Of a DNA stretch of 64,000 nt, positions 1 through 8,308 are shown in pieces. Origin of the DNA: Minisyncoccota bacterium. GTDB taxonomy: Bacteria; Patescibacteriota; Minisyncoccia; Phycocordibacterales; UBA9973. The stretch covers positions 41,383-105,382 of the forward strand of contig JBAZSF010000001.1 of NCBI GenBank assembly GCA_041662525.1. The letters are read 5' to 3'. Numbering within the stretch: position 1 is the first letter of the stretch; each line of letters opens with the position of its first letter. A program made the position numbers and the translations under genes. Under the pieces are notes generated by a model. It saw only the letters and a program-made list of their open reading frames with translations. It did no database searches and was not told the DNA's origin.

Positions 1-1
1 G

Positions 2-919
2 CTTATTTTTATTATACTTTTATTTATTACTTTCTATTTGAAATTTAAATATCAAAATTGGAAAATCTCCCATCAGTATTTAGGTATTGTTTTATTTTTG
101 AGCGGACTGCATATGTTTTTTGTGCCTAGTGATATTTCAAATAATACTATTTTAAAATACTACATGCTGGGATTATTTATTTTAGGTGCGTACTCTTTTT
201 TCTACAGAACTATTTTTAGAGTTTATAAAAAAGAGGAATATAAATACAAATTAGAAGAAGTAAAAAAAGTAAATGACAATATTGCTGAATTGAGACTCTC
301 TCCTTTGTCTAAAAAGTTAGAATTTTTACCTGGACAATTTGTTTTTTTGAGATTTGAAAACAAGAATATTCTTTCCGAATCACATCCTTTTTCTATTACT
401 TCTTCCACTGAAGATGAAGAGTTACTTTTAAGCATAAAAATATTGGGTGATTATACGTCTATGATTTATTTATTAAAACCTGGAGCTATTTGTAATATCG
501 AAGGGCCTTTTGGAGCTTTTTCTTACCTTAAAGCAAATTCAAAAAGACAGATTTGGGTTGCTGGAGGTATAGGCATTACACCGTTTTTAAGCATGGCTAG
601 AGAGCTCAATTTGAACAAGATGAGTAATAATGACTATGTTGTAGATCTTTATCATGTTGTTAACAATAGTACCGAAGCTGTTTTTGTGAATGAATTAATG
701 GAGATTTCAAAAAATAATGCTAATTTTAAATTCCACCAGTATTTTTCTGATGATAGTGGACGTATTTCAGCTGATTTTATTTTTCAAAATAGTCAGAATA
801 TTAAAGATGCTGAAATATTTTTATGCGGACCGGTTGGTTTTATGAAAAGTTTAAGGGATCAATTTGTAAAGTTAGGTTTTATTAAAAGTAAAATTTATTC
901 AGAAGAATTTAGTCTTTAA
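2..919 (+). CDS. Ferric reductase-like membrane FAD/NAD(P)-binding oxidoreductase (5' truncated by window)
   Basis: Frame open from base 2; TM helices with His, then PGQF, HPFS, IEGPFG, VAGGIGITPF and LCGP motifs of the FNR/NOX family. Confidence 0.85.
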   Translation, partial: LIFIILLFITFYLKFKYQNWKISHQYLGIVLFLSGLHMFFVPSDISNNTILKYYMLGLFILGAYSFFYRTIFRVYKKEEYKYKLEEVKKVNDNIAELRLSPLSKKLEFLPGQFVFLRFENKNILSESHPFSITSSTEDEELLLSIKILGDYTSMIYLLKPGAICNIEGPFGAFSYLKANSKRQIWVAGGIGITPFLSMARELNLNKMSNNDYVVDLYHVVNNSTEAVFVNELMEISKNNANFKFHQYFSDDSGRISADFIFQNSQNIKDAEIFLCGPVGFMKSLRDQFVKLGFIKSKIYSEEFSL

Positions 920-936
920 GGTTTTATTAAAATAAT

Positions 937-1821
937 ATGAAAAAATATATCACTGTATCTTTATTTGTTTTCTGGGCTATCATCGTTGCGGTACTTGTGG
1001 CTGGTTTGATTTCCCGTAATGACAATCAAATATTACTAGAACCAGATGTTAATGGAACTAATCAACCTGATAATATCACTGGAGTTAGCCCCAATACTTC
1101 TCCCTTAGTATTATCTATGACCGAACTTGTGAAGCATAATTCTAGCCAAAGCTGTTGGCTCCTAATTTCTGGCAAAATTTATAATGTTACCACTTATTTA
1201 AATCAGCACCCAGGTAATGCCAGCACGATTTTACCGACTTGTGGTAAAGATGCTACTGTAGCATACGATACCAAGGGCAGGCCAAACGGTAGCCCACATT
1301 CCAATAATGCAGAGACCTTGCTCGCGAATTATTTTATAGGTAATTTAAATCAAACTTTAAAAACTGGAACGAATCCAAATACTTCAACAAATACAAATCC
1401 TACTACAAACAAACCAACTACTCCTGTAGTTACACCAACTCCTGTACCTGTCACTCCTGCTCCGACACCCAATCCGACACTTGCTCTCACTATGGCTGAA
1501 CTCGCCAAACATAACTCAAGACAAAGTTGTTGGCTTCTCGTTTCGGGTAAAATTTACGATGTTACTACTTATTTAAATCAGCATCCGGCTGGCGCTAGTA
1601 CGATCTTGCAGACATGTGGCACAGATGCAACAGTGGCGTATAGTACTAGAGGTGGTAATGGCACACACTCGTCTTCTGCCAATGCACTTCTAGCTAATTT
1701 CTTTATTGGCAATCTAAATCAAACAGTTACTACTAGTCCAAACAATCCAACTACTCCGCCCACATCAAATCCAAATCCGACTACATCTAATTCAAGGGAT
1801 GATGACGATGATGACGATTAG
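937..1821 (+). CDS. Membrane-anchored protein with two cytochrome b5-like heme/steroid-binding domains
   Basis: N-terminal TM; two copies of KHNS..SCWL..SGKIY.VT.YL..HP.G...I...CG.DAT...HS; Pro/Thr linkers; poly-Asp tail. Confidence 0.85.
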   Translation: MKKYITVSLFVFWAIIVAVLVAGLISRNDNQILLEPDVNGTNQPDNITGVSPNTSPLVLSMTELVKHNSSQSCWLLISGKIYNVTTYLNQHPGNASTILPTCGKDATVAYDTKGRPNGSPHSNNAETLLANYFIGNLNQTLKTGTNPNTSTNTNPTTNKPTTPVVTPTPVPVTPAPTPNPTLALTMAELAKHNSRQSCWLLVSGKIYDVTTYLNQHPAGASTILQTCGTDATVAYSTRGGNGTHSSSANALLANFFIGNLNQTVTTSPNNPTTPPTSNPNPTTSNSRDDDDDDD

Positions 1822-1869
1822 TTAACTAAATTATTTTGAAAAAAAATTAGTACAGGGTATACTGAATTC

Positions 1870-2955
1870 ATGCATGATTTAGCTTTGTATCGTAAATATA
1901 GACCTAAAACTTTTGATGAAGTTTTAGGTCAAGACCATATTGTGAAAGTACTAGAAAGCTCTATAGAAACAGATAAAGTTTCTCATGCGTATCTTTTTGT
2001 CGGTTCACGTGGTACTGGTAAGACTTCTGTGGCTAGGATTTTTGCGACCAGTATTGGAGTATCTGTAAATGATCTTTATGAAATAGATGCAGCTTCTAAT
2101 AGGGGGATAGAGGATATGAAGGAATTACGTGATGGTGTGCGGGTATTACCTTTTGATTCAAAATATAAAATTTACATCATAGACGAGGTACACATGCTTT
2201 CCAAGGATGCTTGGGGTGCATTATTGAAAACTTTAGAAGAACCACCCAAACATGTTATTTTTATTTTAGCTACGACCGAACTTCACAAGGTTCCTGAAAC
2301 AATTATTTCTCGTTGTCAGGTTTTTACCTTTAAAAAAGCTTCTGAAGCAGTATGTAGGAAAATGTTGCTCGACGTCGCAAAGTCCGAAGGATTTGAATTA
2401 GACACTGGGGGTGCAGAACTTTTAGCTATTTTAGCTGATGGATCATTTAGAGATGCATTAGGAGAATTACAGAAAATTCTCAACTTTATAGGTAGAGATA
2501 AAAAAACCCGCCTAGACCCGCTTCGACGCGAGGCGAGCTCGGCGAGGCTGGTAAAAAGAGAAGATGTAGAAAAAATAACTGGCGCGCCGAAAACAACTCT
2601 GGTGAATGATTTTATTTCTGCGATTGCAGAGAAAAATTTAGAGAAAGGAATATCTACTGTACGAATTGCTTCAGAAATGAATTTAGATATGAAATTATAT
2701 TTCAAACTTATAATTCAAAAATTACGTATGGCGATAATTTTACGCTATGCACCTAAATTAGAAAAGGAGATGACAGGGAATTTAGGAGAGCCGGATTTAG
2801 AATTTTTGAAAGAATTAATTAAAAAAGACAAAGAGGGAATGCTCCGCTCAGGAACATTGGCTATCCTTTTGGAAGCTTATCAAGATATGGACAATGCATT
2901 TGTCACCGAATTACCGTTAGAACTTGCTTTAGTGGAGATAATAAATAAAGAGTAA
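1870..2955 (+). CDS. dnaX: DNA polymerase III subunit gamma/tau
   Basis: LYRKYRP, GSRGTGKTS, EIDAASN, IIDEVHML, LLKTLEEPP, TIISRC. Confidence 0.97.
   Translation: MHDLALYRKYRPKTFDEVLGQDHIVKVLESSIETDKVSHAYLFVGSRGTGKTSVARIFATSIGVSVNDLYEIDAASNRGIEDMKELRDGVRVLPFDSKYKIYIIDEVHMLSKDAWGALLKTLEEPPKHVIFILATTELHKVPETIISRCQVFTFKKASEAVCRKMLLDVAKSEGFELDTGGAELLAILADGSFRDALGELQKILNFIGRDKKTRLDPLRREASSARLVKREDVEKITGAPKTTLVNDFISAIAEKNLEKGISTVRIASEMNLDMKLYFKLIIQKLRMAIILRYAPKLEKEMTGNLGEPDLEFLKELIKKDKEGMLRSGTLAILLEAYQDMDNAFVTELPLELALVEIINKE
2507..2551. repeat. 45-nt in-frame GC-rich palindromic insertion in dnaX (24-nt core plus nested 21-nt element)
   Basis: CCCGCCTAGA[CCCGCTTCGACGCGAGGCGAG]CTCGGCGAGGCTGG; core matches the reverse complement of 15216-15239 at 23/24. 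Confidence 0.85.
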
Positions 2956-2961
2956 AATTTA

Positions 2962-3564
2962 TTATTGGTTGTTTTTGTATTTTCTAATTAAGAATAAAAT
3001 AATGGCCATTATTGAAGCCCCTATTACTGTCATTATCATGTCTTTTTGCCCGTCAAAAAGGTCTGTTGAGCCATAAAATGAAGCCGCCAGGACAGGATTG
3101 ACTGTCAGAGCAGCGATCAATTCAAAAATCTCATAAAGCCCTGAAAGCGCAAACATGGTGGAGAGGGTAATATAATAATTCCATCCGTTTTCTTTTTCAT
3201 AATTTTTATTGAAATGCGATACAATCTCTTGCATTGGGTAAAACACTAAAAAGCCAAAAGAAAAATGAACCAGTTTGTCATACATATTTATTGATGATCC
3301 GAACAGTCGCCCTATTTCATATCCGAAAGGCACCTGTGTCACTCCATAATGGGAGGTTATTAAGGGCAGCACAATATACACAAGCAAGAAAGTATAAGAA
3401 ATATTTGAGAGTTTTTTATAGCGTTCTAAAATAAAAAGTGCCACTATCGCCAATACTACTGGGATATTCTCCAGCGCCCAATAAGACAAAGATGGGGGAT
3501 TAATTCCCGACCAAATGAAAACTATAATAAAAATTACTAACAAAAATAATTTATATTTATTCAT
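2962..3564 (-). CDS. DUF2238/YjdF-like inner membrane protein
   Basis: W.LEN, YDKLVHFSFG, YEIFE, D.QKDM motifs; multiple TM helices. Confidence 0.8.
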   Translation of the reverse strand: MNKYKLFLLVIFIIVFIWSGINPPSLSYWALENIPVVLAIVALFILERYKKLSNISYTFLLVYIVLPLITSHYGVTQVPFGYEIGRLFGSSINMYDKLVHFSFGFLVFYPMQEIVSHFNKNYEKENGWNYYITLSTMFALSGLYEIFELIAALTVNPVLAASFYGSTDLFDGQKDMIMTVIGASIMAIILFLIRKYKNNQ

Positions 3565-3655
3565 ATCATTATTACCACGAAGTGCATAATATCTAATTAT
3601 ACTATGATTTTTAATTTTTTAAAAATGGCTTTAATGTCTGGTCTGGGTGCATAAT

Positions 3656-4111
3656 CTATCTGCCTACTATATATACTACTAGTAAAATAAGAGCTCCCCA
3701 CCATAAAATGTCGGATATGATAAAACTGATTATGATTTTATTTTGCCACGAAGAAGGTAAAAGTTCTTTTGAGCGTCCGTCTTTTTCGCGTTGCAGTAAA
3801 AATGGACTGACTTTAAAAGAAAGAAAATAGCCGTTGATTATTAACCCCAAAGCCATAAAAGCATGAATCATCGGTATGCCGGCAAACATAGAATCACGAT
3901 AAAGTATAATGCCACCAATAATTGCCAAAGTGACGCCTGTCCAAATTAAAGGCTTTGTCACTTTGTGGGTTCTTGTAGTCGCTTCCGTCCAATAAGAAGA
4001 TTTTCTCCCCAAGAAGCCATGAATATCTATTACAGTGACGGCCCCAAGACCAATAACAAAACCAGATATAAAAATAAATAATCCTAAAAAATCTAATGTT
4101 ATATATTCCAT
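3656..4111 (-). CDS. Hypothetical membrane protein
   Basis: 151-aa ORF with about 4 hydrophobic segments. Confidence 0.7.
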   Translation of the reverse strand: MEYITLDFLGLFIFISGFVIGLGAVTVIDIHGFLGRKSSYWTEATTRTHKVTKPLIWTGVTLAIIGGIILYRDSMFAGIPMIHAFMALGLIINGYFLSFKVSPFLLQREKDGRSKELLPSSWQNKIIISFIISDILWWGALILLVVYIVGR

Positions 4112-4136
4112 AGTTTATGAAAAGATTATATCATTT

Positions 4137-4385
4137 CTAACCCGTAGCGAGCACCACCCAAATAGCAACAAAGGCGAGAAAGACAACTGTGCCGATGACT
4201 ACTTGATATTTAGCAACTCGTCTTGTCACAAAAAGAATAGTAGTTGCCATGACTACCCAAAATACCCAAGCGAAGACGAATTCGTTCCAATTCCAATTCC
4301 AGCCTTCAACAAATTGATTTCCCAACAATGGAATAATTAGTGCTACTGTTGCCCAGCCCATAATTTTAAAAATCGAGTTCTTCAT
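4137..4385 (-). CDS. Small membrane protein
   Basis: 82 aa, 3 TM, WNW..EFV...LATG pattern. Confidence 0.7.
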   Translation of the reverse strand: MKNSIFKIMGWATVALIIPLLGNQFVEGWNWNWNEFVFAWVFWVVMATTILFVTRRVAKYQVVIGTVVFLAFVAIWVVLATG

Positions 4386-4502
4386 ATATTTATTTTATCA
4401 TAGTAAGGGTTCTTTGAGTGATTTTAGTATAGCAAATTGAAGCGCCTCAGTCGCCCTAGTGCCGTAAACTGTAGAAGTTTGAACTTGTGATAGAATTTAA
4501 AT

Positions 4503-4860
4503 ATGAAAGAACTAACTGAGGAAGAAAAAAGAGTAATAATAAACAAAGGCACAGAAGTACCGTTTACAGGTGAGTATGTTAACAATAAAGCAACCGGCGT
4601 TTATGTTTGTCGACAATGCGGGAATCCACTTTATAATTCCAAGGATAAATTTGAATCCAATTGTGGCTGGCCTTCTTTTGATGATGAGATACCTGGAGCA
4701 GTGCATAAGACTTTGGATGCCGATGGGAGTACGCACAGAGATAACTTGCACAAACTGCGGAGCACATTTGGGGCATTTGTTTATTGGTGAGCATTTAACT
4801 CCTAAAAACAAAAGATACTGCGTGAACTCTATTTCAATGAAATTTATACCCGGAAAATAG
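4503..4860 (+). pseudogene. msrB: Methionine-R-sulfoxide reductase MsrB split by a 1-nt insertion (pseudogene or assembly error)
   Basis: GTEVPF, CRQC and CGWPSF lie in one frame, RTEITC..CGAHLGH and RYCVNS in the next; deleting one G at 4725-4727 restores a 118-aa ORF. Confidence 0.85.
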
Positions 4861-4882
4861 TTTAATAAATTATTTTAAAAAT

Positions 4883-5371
4883 ATGATTAAAAAAATAGTA
4901 TTGGCGGGAGGATGTTTCTGGGGTCTTCAAGACTTGATAAGAAAACAAGCAGGCGTGGTGAAAACGCAGGTGGGCTATACAGGAGGAAAAGTTAAAAATG
5001 CAACATATGAAAATCATGAGGGGCATGCCGAGGCGGTAGAGATAGAATATGATACCGAAAAAACTTCTTATAAAAAAATGCTAGATTTTTTCTTTCAAAT
5101 ACACAATCCTACGACTATAAATCAGCAAGGGAATGATCGAGGAACTTCGTATCGTTCAGCAATATTTTACGGCAATGAGGAAGAAAAAAAGAAAGCAGAA
5201 AATTTCATAGATATCGTAAATAAATCAAAACGTTGGAAAGACCCTGTGGTTACAACACTGGAACCACTCTCTGATTTTTATCAAGCAGAAGAATACCATC
5301 AAGATTATCTACAGAAAAACCCAGGTGGCTATACTTGTCATGCTATTTATTTTGATAGTTATTTAAAATAG
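4883..5371 (+). CDS. msrA: Peptide methionine-S-sulfoxide reductase
   Basis: [37 protein letters not shown]. Confidence 0.97.
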   Translation: MIKKIVLAGGCFWGLQDLIRKQAGVVKTQVGYTGGKVKNATYENHEGHAEAVEIEYDTEKTSYKKMLDFFFQIHNPTTINQQGNDRGTSYRSAIFYGNEEEKKKAENFIDIVNKSKRWKDPVVTTLEPLSDFYQAEEYHQDYLQKNPGGYTCHAIYFDSYLK

Positions 5372-5413
5372 ATAAAACAATTAATAAAATAACAAAGAAA
5401 AAATATATGAAAG

Positions 5414-5510
5414 ACGAAGGCTATAAAAATACTTTCCCTCACATTCGTTCGGGACCTTCGTCACTAATATTCGGGCCGAAGGCCCTGAGGAGCCTTAAGG
5501 CGACGAAGGG
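5414..5510. repeat. Cluster of REP-like hairpins 3' of tRNA-Gln
   Basis: GACGAAGG...CCTTCGTC inverted repeat, CCCTCACATTCGTTCGGGA and CCCTGAG-gagccttaaggcga-CGAAGGG. Confidence 0.5.
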
Positions 5511-5581
5511 CTGGGAGACTAGGAATCGAACCTAGATTAAAGGCTTCAAAGGCCTCTGTCCTACCGTTAGACGATCTCCCA
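5511..5581 (-). tRNA. tRNA-Gln(UUG), CCA not encoded
   Basis: Minus strand: TGGGAGA/TCTCCCA acceptor stem, anticodon arm GAGGC-CTTTGAA-GCCTT, T-arm CTAGG-TTCGATT-CCTAG. Confidence 0.96.
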
Positions 5582-5597
5582 ATGTTTACGTTTTGAT

Positions 5598-5840
5598 CTA
5601 ATTAAACAGTTTTTTAAGAAATTTTCTTCCAGAAGCTGATTTTAAATACTTTTCACGCTTTCTGGCTTCTTTTAGACTATCATATTTTTCATTATATATC
5701 ATTGTCCAAGGACAATGACGTTTTGTGTAAAAACTCTTTCCAGAATTATGTTCTGCTAACCTACGATTTAAATTGTTTGTTATACCTACATAACTTTTCA
5801 AGGAAACTGTACTTTTTAATATATAAAGAAAATAATTCAT
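5598..5840 (-). CDS. Short stand-alone GIY-YIG nuclease family protein
   Basis: FLYIL...YVGIT.NL.RRL.EHN.G...YT...PW...Y.E......A..RE..LKS..GR. Confidence 0.9.
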   Translation of the reverse strand: MNYFLYILKSTVSLKSYVGITNNLNRRLAEHNSGKSFYTKRHCPWTMIYNEKYDSLKEARKREKYLKSASGRKFLKKLFN

Positions 5841-5851
5841 TACATAGAGTA

Positions 5852-5899
5852 TTAGACGACCTGCCTCGCCTTGATGCGAGTCAAGGCGGGTCTCCCAAT
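5852..5899 (-). repeat. Duplicated tRNA-Gln 5' fragment interrupted by a 31-nt palindromic element
   Basis: TTAGACGA[CCTGCCTCGCCTTGATGCGAGTCAAGGCGGG]TCTCCCAAT versus uninterrupted TTAGACGATCTCCCAAT at 5567-5583. Confidence 0.85.
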
Positions 5900-5983
5900 A
5901 TCTTTAAAACACATAATTTATAACATAAATCTTAACAAAAATCTATATTATTTGGTATGATGACTGAGACTAAATAAATTATT

Positions 5984-6277
5984 ATGGAAAAAATTAATAT
6001 AGTAAAATTAAAAGGTACACCTTTTCAGAAAAAGGTTTGGGTAGCTTTAACAAAAATAAAAAAGGGAAGTACTATTACGTATAAAGAACTAGCAAAAAAG
6101 ATAGGCAGACCCAGAGCCGTAAGAGCAGTAGGGAATGCTGTTGGGAAGAATCCTATACTTGTTATTATTCCTTGCCATAGAGTAGTCCGAAGTGATGGAA
6201 CCCTTGGTGGATATTCCGGTAGTGGTGGTATTAAAACAAAACGCGCCTTGCTTATCAAAGAAGGAGTAAAATTATAG
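5984..6277 (+). CDS. ogt: MGMT family O6-alkylguanine-DNA alkyltransferase (C-terminal domain only)
   Basis: GTPFQKKVW, TY.ELA..IG.P.A.RAVG, IIPCHRV active-site motif. Confidence 0.9.
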   Translation: MEKINIVKLKGTPFQKKVWVALTKIKKGSTITYKELAKKIGRPRAVRAVGNAVGKNPILVIIPCHRVVRSDGTLGGYSGSGGIKTKRALLIKEGVKL

Positions 6278-6341
6278 CTTACAACACATAATAGTAATGT
6301 GGTTAGCTGGTGATTATCATCATAAATGTTATAATTTCATT

Positions 6342-6512
6342 ATGACTAAAACAATAATAAACAATCAGGATTTTTTGGGGACTTTGTGGATGATAGGGTG
6401 GCTTTTTTCTATAGGTTTCCTTCGGCTTTCTTTTTGGAAAGGCGTTCTAGCTTTAATAGTTTGGCCTTATTATCTTGGGGTAAAATTTAGAAAAGATCCT
6501 GAAATTAAATAA
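6342..6512 (+). CDS. Small membrane protein (56 aa)
   Basis: Start moved to ATG 6342, 6 nt after TATAAT; W..GWLF.IGFL.L.FWKG.LA...WPYYLG. Confidence 0.7.
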   Translation: MTKTIINNQDFLGTLWMIGWLFSIGFLRLSFWKGVLALIVWPYYLGVKFRKDPEIK

Positions 6513-6520
6513 AAAAATTT

Positions 6521-7111
6521 ATGGAACCAAAAAATACAGTACCTCATAAGGGGAAAAGATTAATTATAACCGGCATTCCAACTATTGGTAAAACAACCTT
6601 GGCAAAACGCCTAGCAGAAGCAACTGGAGGAATTTATGTTTCTGCAGACGATATTCGTCATGAACTTCGACCAGACCCAAAATATACTGACGCTACAAAT
6701 TTTTGGAAAAATAAAAATAAAAGAACCTATTATATAAAAACATCTTATAGTCAACAATGGAAAAATATTGTTTCTCAATCTGAAAAATTATGGGAGGGGA
6801 TGTTGAACAAAATAAATAGTTATAAAGATGAAGAAAAACCAGTTATTTTTGAAGGGGTTAGTTTTTTACCACATTTAGTACACAAAGATTTGAATATTCC
6901 TTGCATGGTGATAGCTGGAGCAACGCTTGAAGAAGTTGTAGAAAAAAATAAAGATAAACCAATTTGGGAAAATACAGAACTAGAATTACAATCCGCCGCT
7001 TTTTTCTTGGGCGACCAGCCATATTTTAAAGCAGAAGCTGAAAAATATAACTATCCCGTATTTACCAATAATGACATAGCTTTCAAGGAAGCTCTTAAAA
7101 TTTTAGAATAA
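6521..7111 (+). CDS. P-loop NTPase, small-molecule kinase-like
   Basis: IITGIPTIGKTT Walker A, DDIR, VIFEG. Confidence 0.75.
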   Translation: MEPKNTVPHKGKRLIITGIPTIGKTTLAKRLAEATGGIYVSADDIRHELRPDPKYTDATNFWKNKNKRTYYIKTSYSQQWKNIVSQSEKLWEGMLNKINSYKDEEKPVIFEGVSFLPHLVHKDLNIPCMVIAGATLEEVVEKNKDKPIWENTELELQSAAFFLGDQPYFKAEAEKYNYPVFTNNDIAFKEALKILE

Positions 7112-7446
7112 TGGCAACCATAGAAGATTTTGAAAAATTAGACATTCGGGTTGGGAAAATTATTGAGGTAAATGATTACCCAGAAGCCAGAAAACCTGGA
7201 TATAAGTTGAAAATAGATTTTGGTCCTGATGTTGGAATCAAGAATTCATTTTCTCAAATAGCTATTTTTTATGATAAAGAAGAATTGATAGGGAAGCTTG
7301 TCTTGGGTATTTTAAATTTTCCTATTAGAAAAATTGGTCCTTTTGAATCAGAAGTGTTAACTCTCGGTGTGCCTGACGAAGAAGGCAAAGTTGTTTTATT
7401 GGTACCAGACAAGAATAATGCAGTTGTTGGCGGAAAGCTGTATTAG
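7111..7446 (+). CDS. csaA: CsaA/Trbp111-like tRNA-binding protein or export chaperone
   Basis: DFEKLDIRVG.I, P.ARKP.YKL.IDFG, NFP.RKIG.F.SEVL.LG. Confidence 0.88.
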   Translation: MATIEDFEKLDIRVGKIIEVNDYPEARKPGYKLKIDFGPDVGIKNSFSQIAIFYDKEELIGKLVLGILNFPIRKIGPFESEVLTLGVPDEEGKVVLLVPDKNNAVVGGKLY

Positions 7447-7463
7447 TTTTAATTAAAATAAAA

Positions 7464-7501
7464 AAGAGGCTGTTGGCGAAAAAATCCGCTAACAGCCTCT
7501 T
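7464..7501. terminator. Bidirectional intrinsic terminator between csaA and cysE
   Basis: AAGAGGCTGTTGGCG/CGCTAACAGCCTCTT stem with flanking A/T tracts. Confidence 0.8.
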
Positions 7502-7513
7502 GATTTGATTGTG

Positions 7514-8035
7514 CTACACCTCCTTTCTATTTTTTCCGACAATTCTATCCAGCACGCCAACTGTCGTTGAATCATCAAGAACGTTCTTTAGAACAACAGC
7601 ATTAGCTCCTATTTTTACGTTAGAGCCAATTTTGATATTACCAAGGATTTTTGCTCCGGCTCCAACTTCAACATTATTGCCAAGAGTAGGATGCCTTTTA
7701 CCCTTTTCCTTCCCAGTTCCACCAAGGGTCGCTCCTTGATAAAGAAGACAATTATCTCCTATCTCGGCGGTTTCTCCTATGACCACACCCATTCCGTGGT
7801 CAATTACAAGCCCAACGCCTATCTTTGCCGCAGGATGAATTTCTATCCCAGTAAAAAATCTAACTAACTGGGACAGAATTCTTGCGCTTAGCTTCCAGTT
7901 TTTCATCCAAAGCCAGTGTGCAACGCGATGCCCAAGTATCGCATGTAATCCTGGGTAACATAGCAATACTTCTAAAACCGTCCGAGCTGCTGGATCCCTC
8001 TCAAAAATTGCACTTATATCCTTTGGTAATCTCAT
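7514..8035 (-). CDS. cysE: Serine O-acetyltransferase
   Basis: [44 protein letters not shown]; SD GGGAGG. Confidence 0.95.
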   Translation of the reverse strand: MRLPKDISAIFERDPAARTVLEVLLCYPGLHAILGHRVAHWLWMKNWKLSARILSQLVRFFTGIEIHPAAKIGVGLVIDHGMGVVIGETAEIGDNCLLYQGATLGGTGKEKGKRHPTLGNNVEVGAGAKILGNIKIGSNVKIGANAVVLKNVLDDSTTVGVLDRIVGKNRKEV

Positions 8036-8085
8036 ACTCTTAGTCCTCCCTTTATTTATTTATCAATTTACAAATTATATTTCTT

Positions 8086-8185
8086 AAAAAGAAACACCAG
8101 TCTTTTTAAAAGGCTGGTGTTTGGATTGTAGTTTTTAGAGATTATATTTACAGTTCAAAAATCAGCCTTTTAAATTAAAAGCTGA
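8086..8185 (-). promoter_or_regulatory. Cys-sensing transcription attenuator (pause, antiterminator and terminator)
   Basis: Terminator AAACACCAG...CTGGTGTTT-CTTTTT (8086-8122); 12-bp antiterminator between 8163-8174 and 8105-8116; 1:2 hairpin at 8162-8185. Confidence 0.8.
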
Positions 8186-8245
8186 ACAACAACAAACAAA
8201 CATAGTTGTGGAAGAAAAACTCTTTTGTATTACTTCTTCATTCAT
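8162..8245 (-). CDS. Putative cysE leader peptide (27 aa)
   Basis: MNEEVIQKSFSSTTMFVCCCSAFNLKG* with TGT TGT TGT; not in ORF track. Confidence 0.8.
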   Translation of the reverse strand: MNEEVIQKSFSSTTMFVCCCSAFNLKG

Positions 8246-8308
8246 GATCAATGTATAGCATTTATCAAATTATATGTAAAGTGTTTCTGTTGGTGTTATA
8301 ATTAATTT

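Noticed and set aside
1366-1480. Pro/Thr/Asn low-complexity repeats
   Set aside because: Ordinary linker between the b5 domains with varied codons; not a DNA repeat array
4570-4860. Programmed frameshift in msrB
   Set aside because: No slippery heptamer or stimulatory structure at the junction; a single-base indel is simpler
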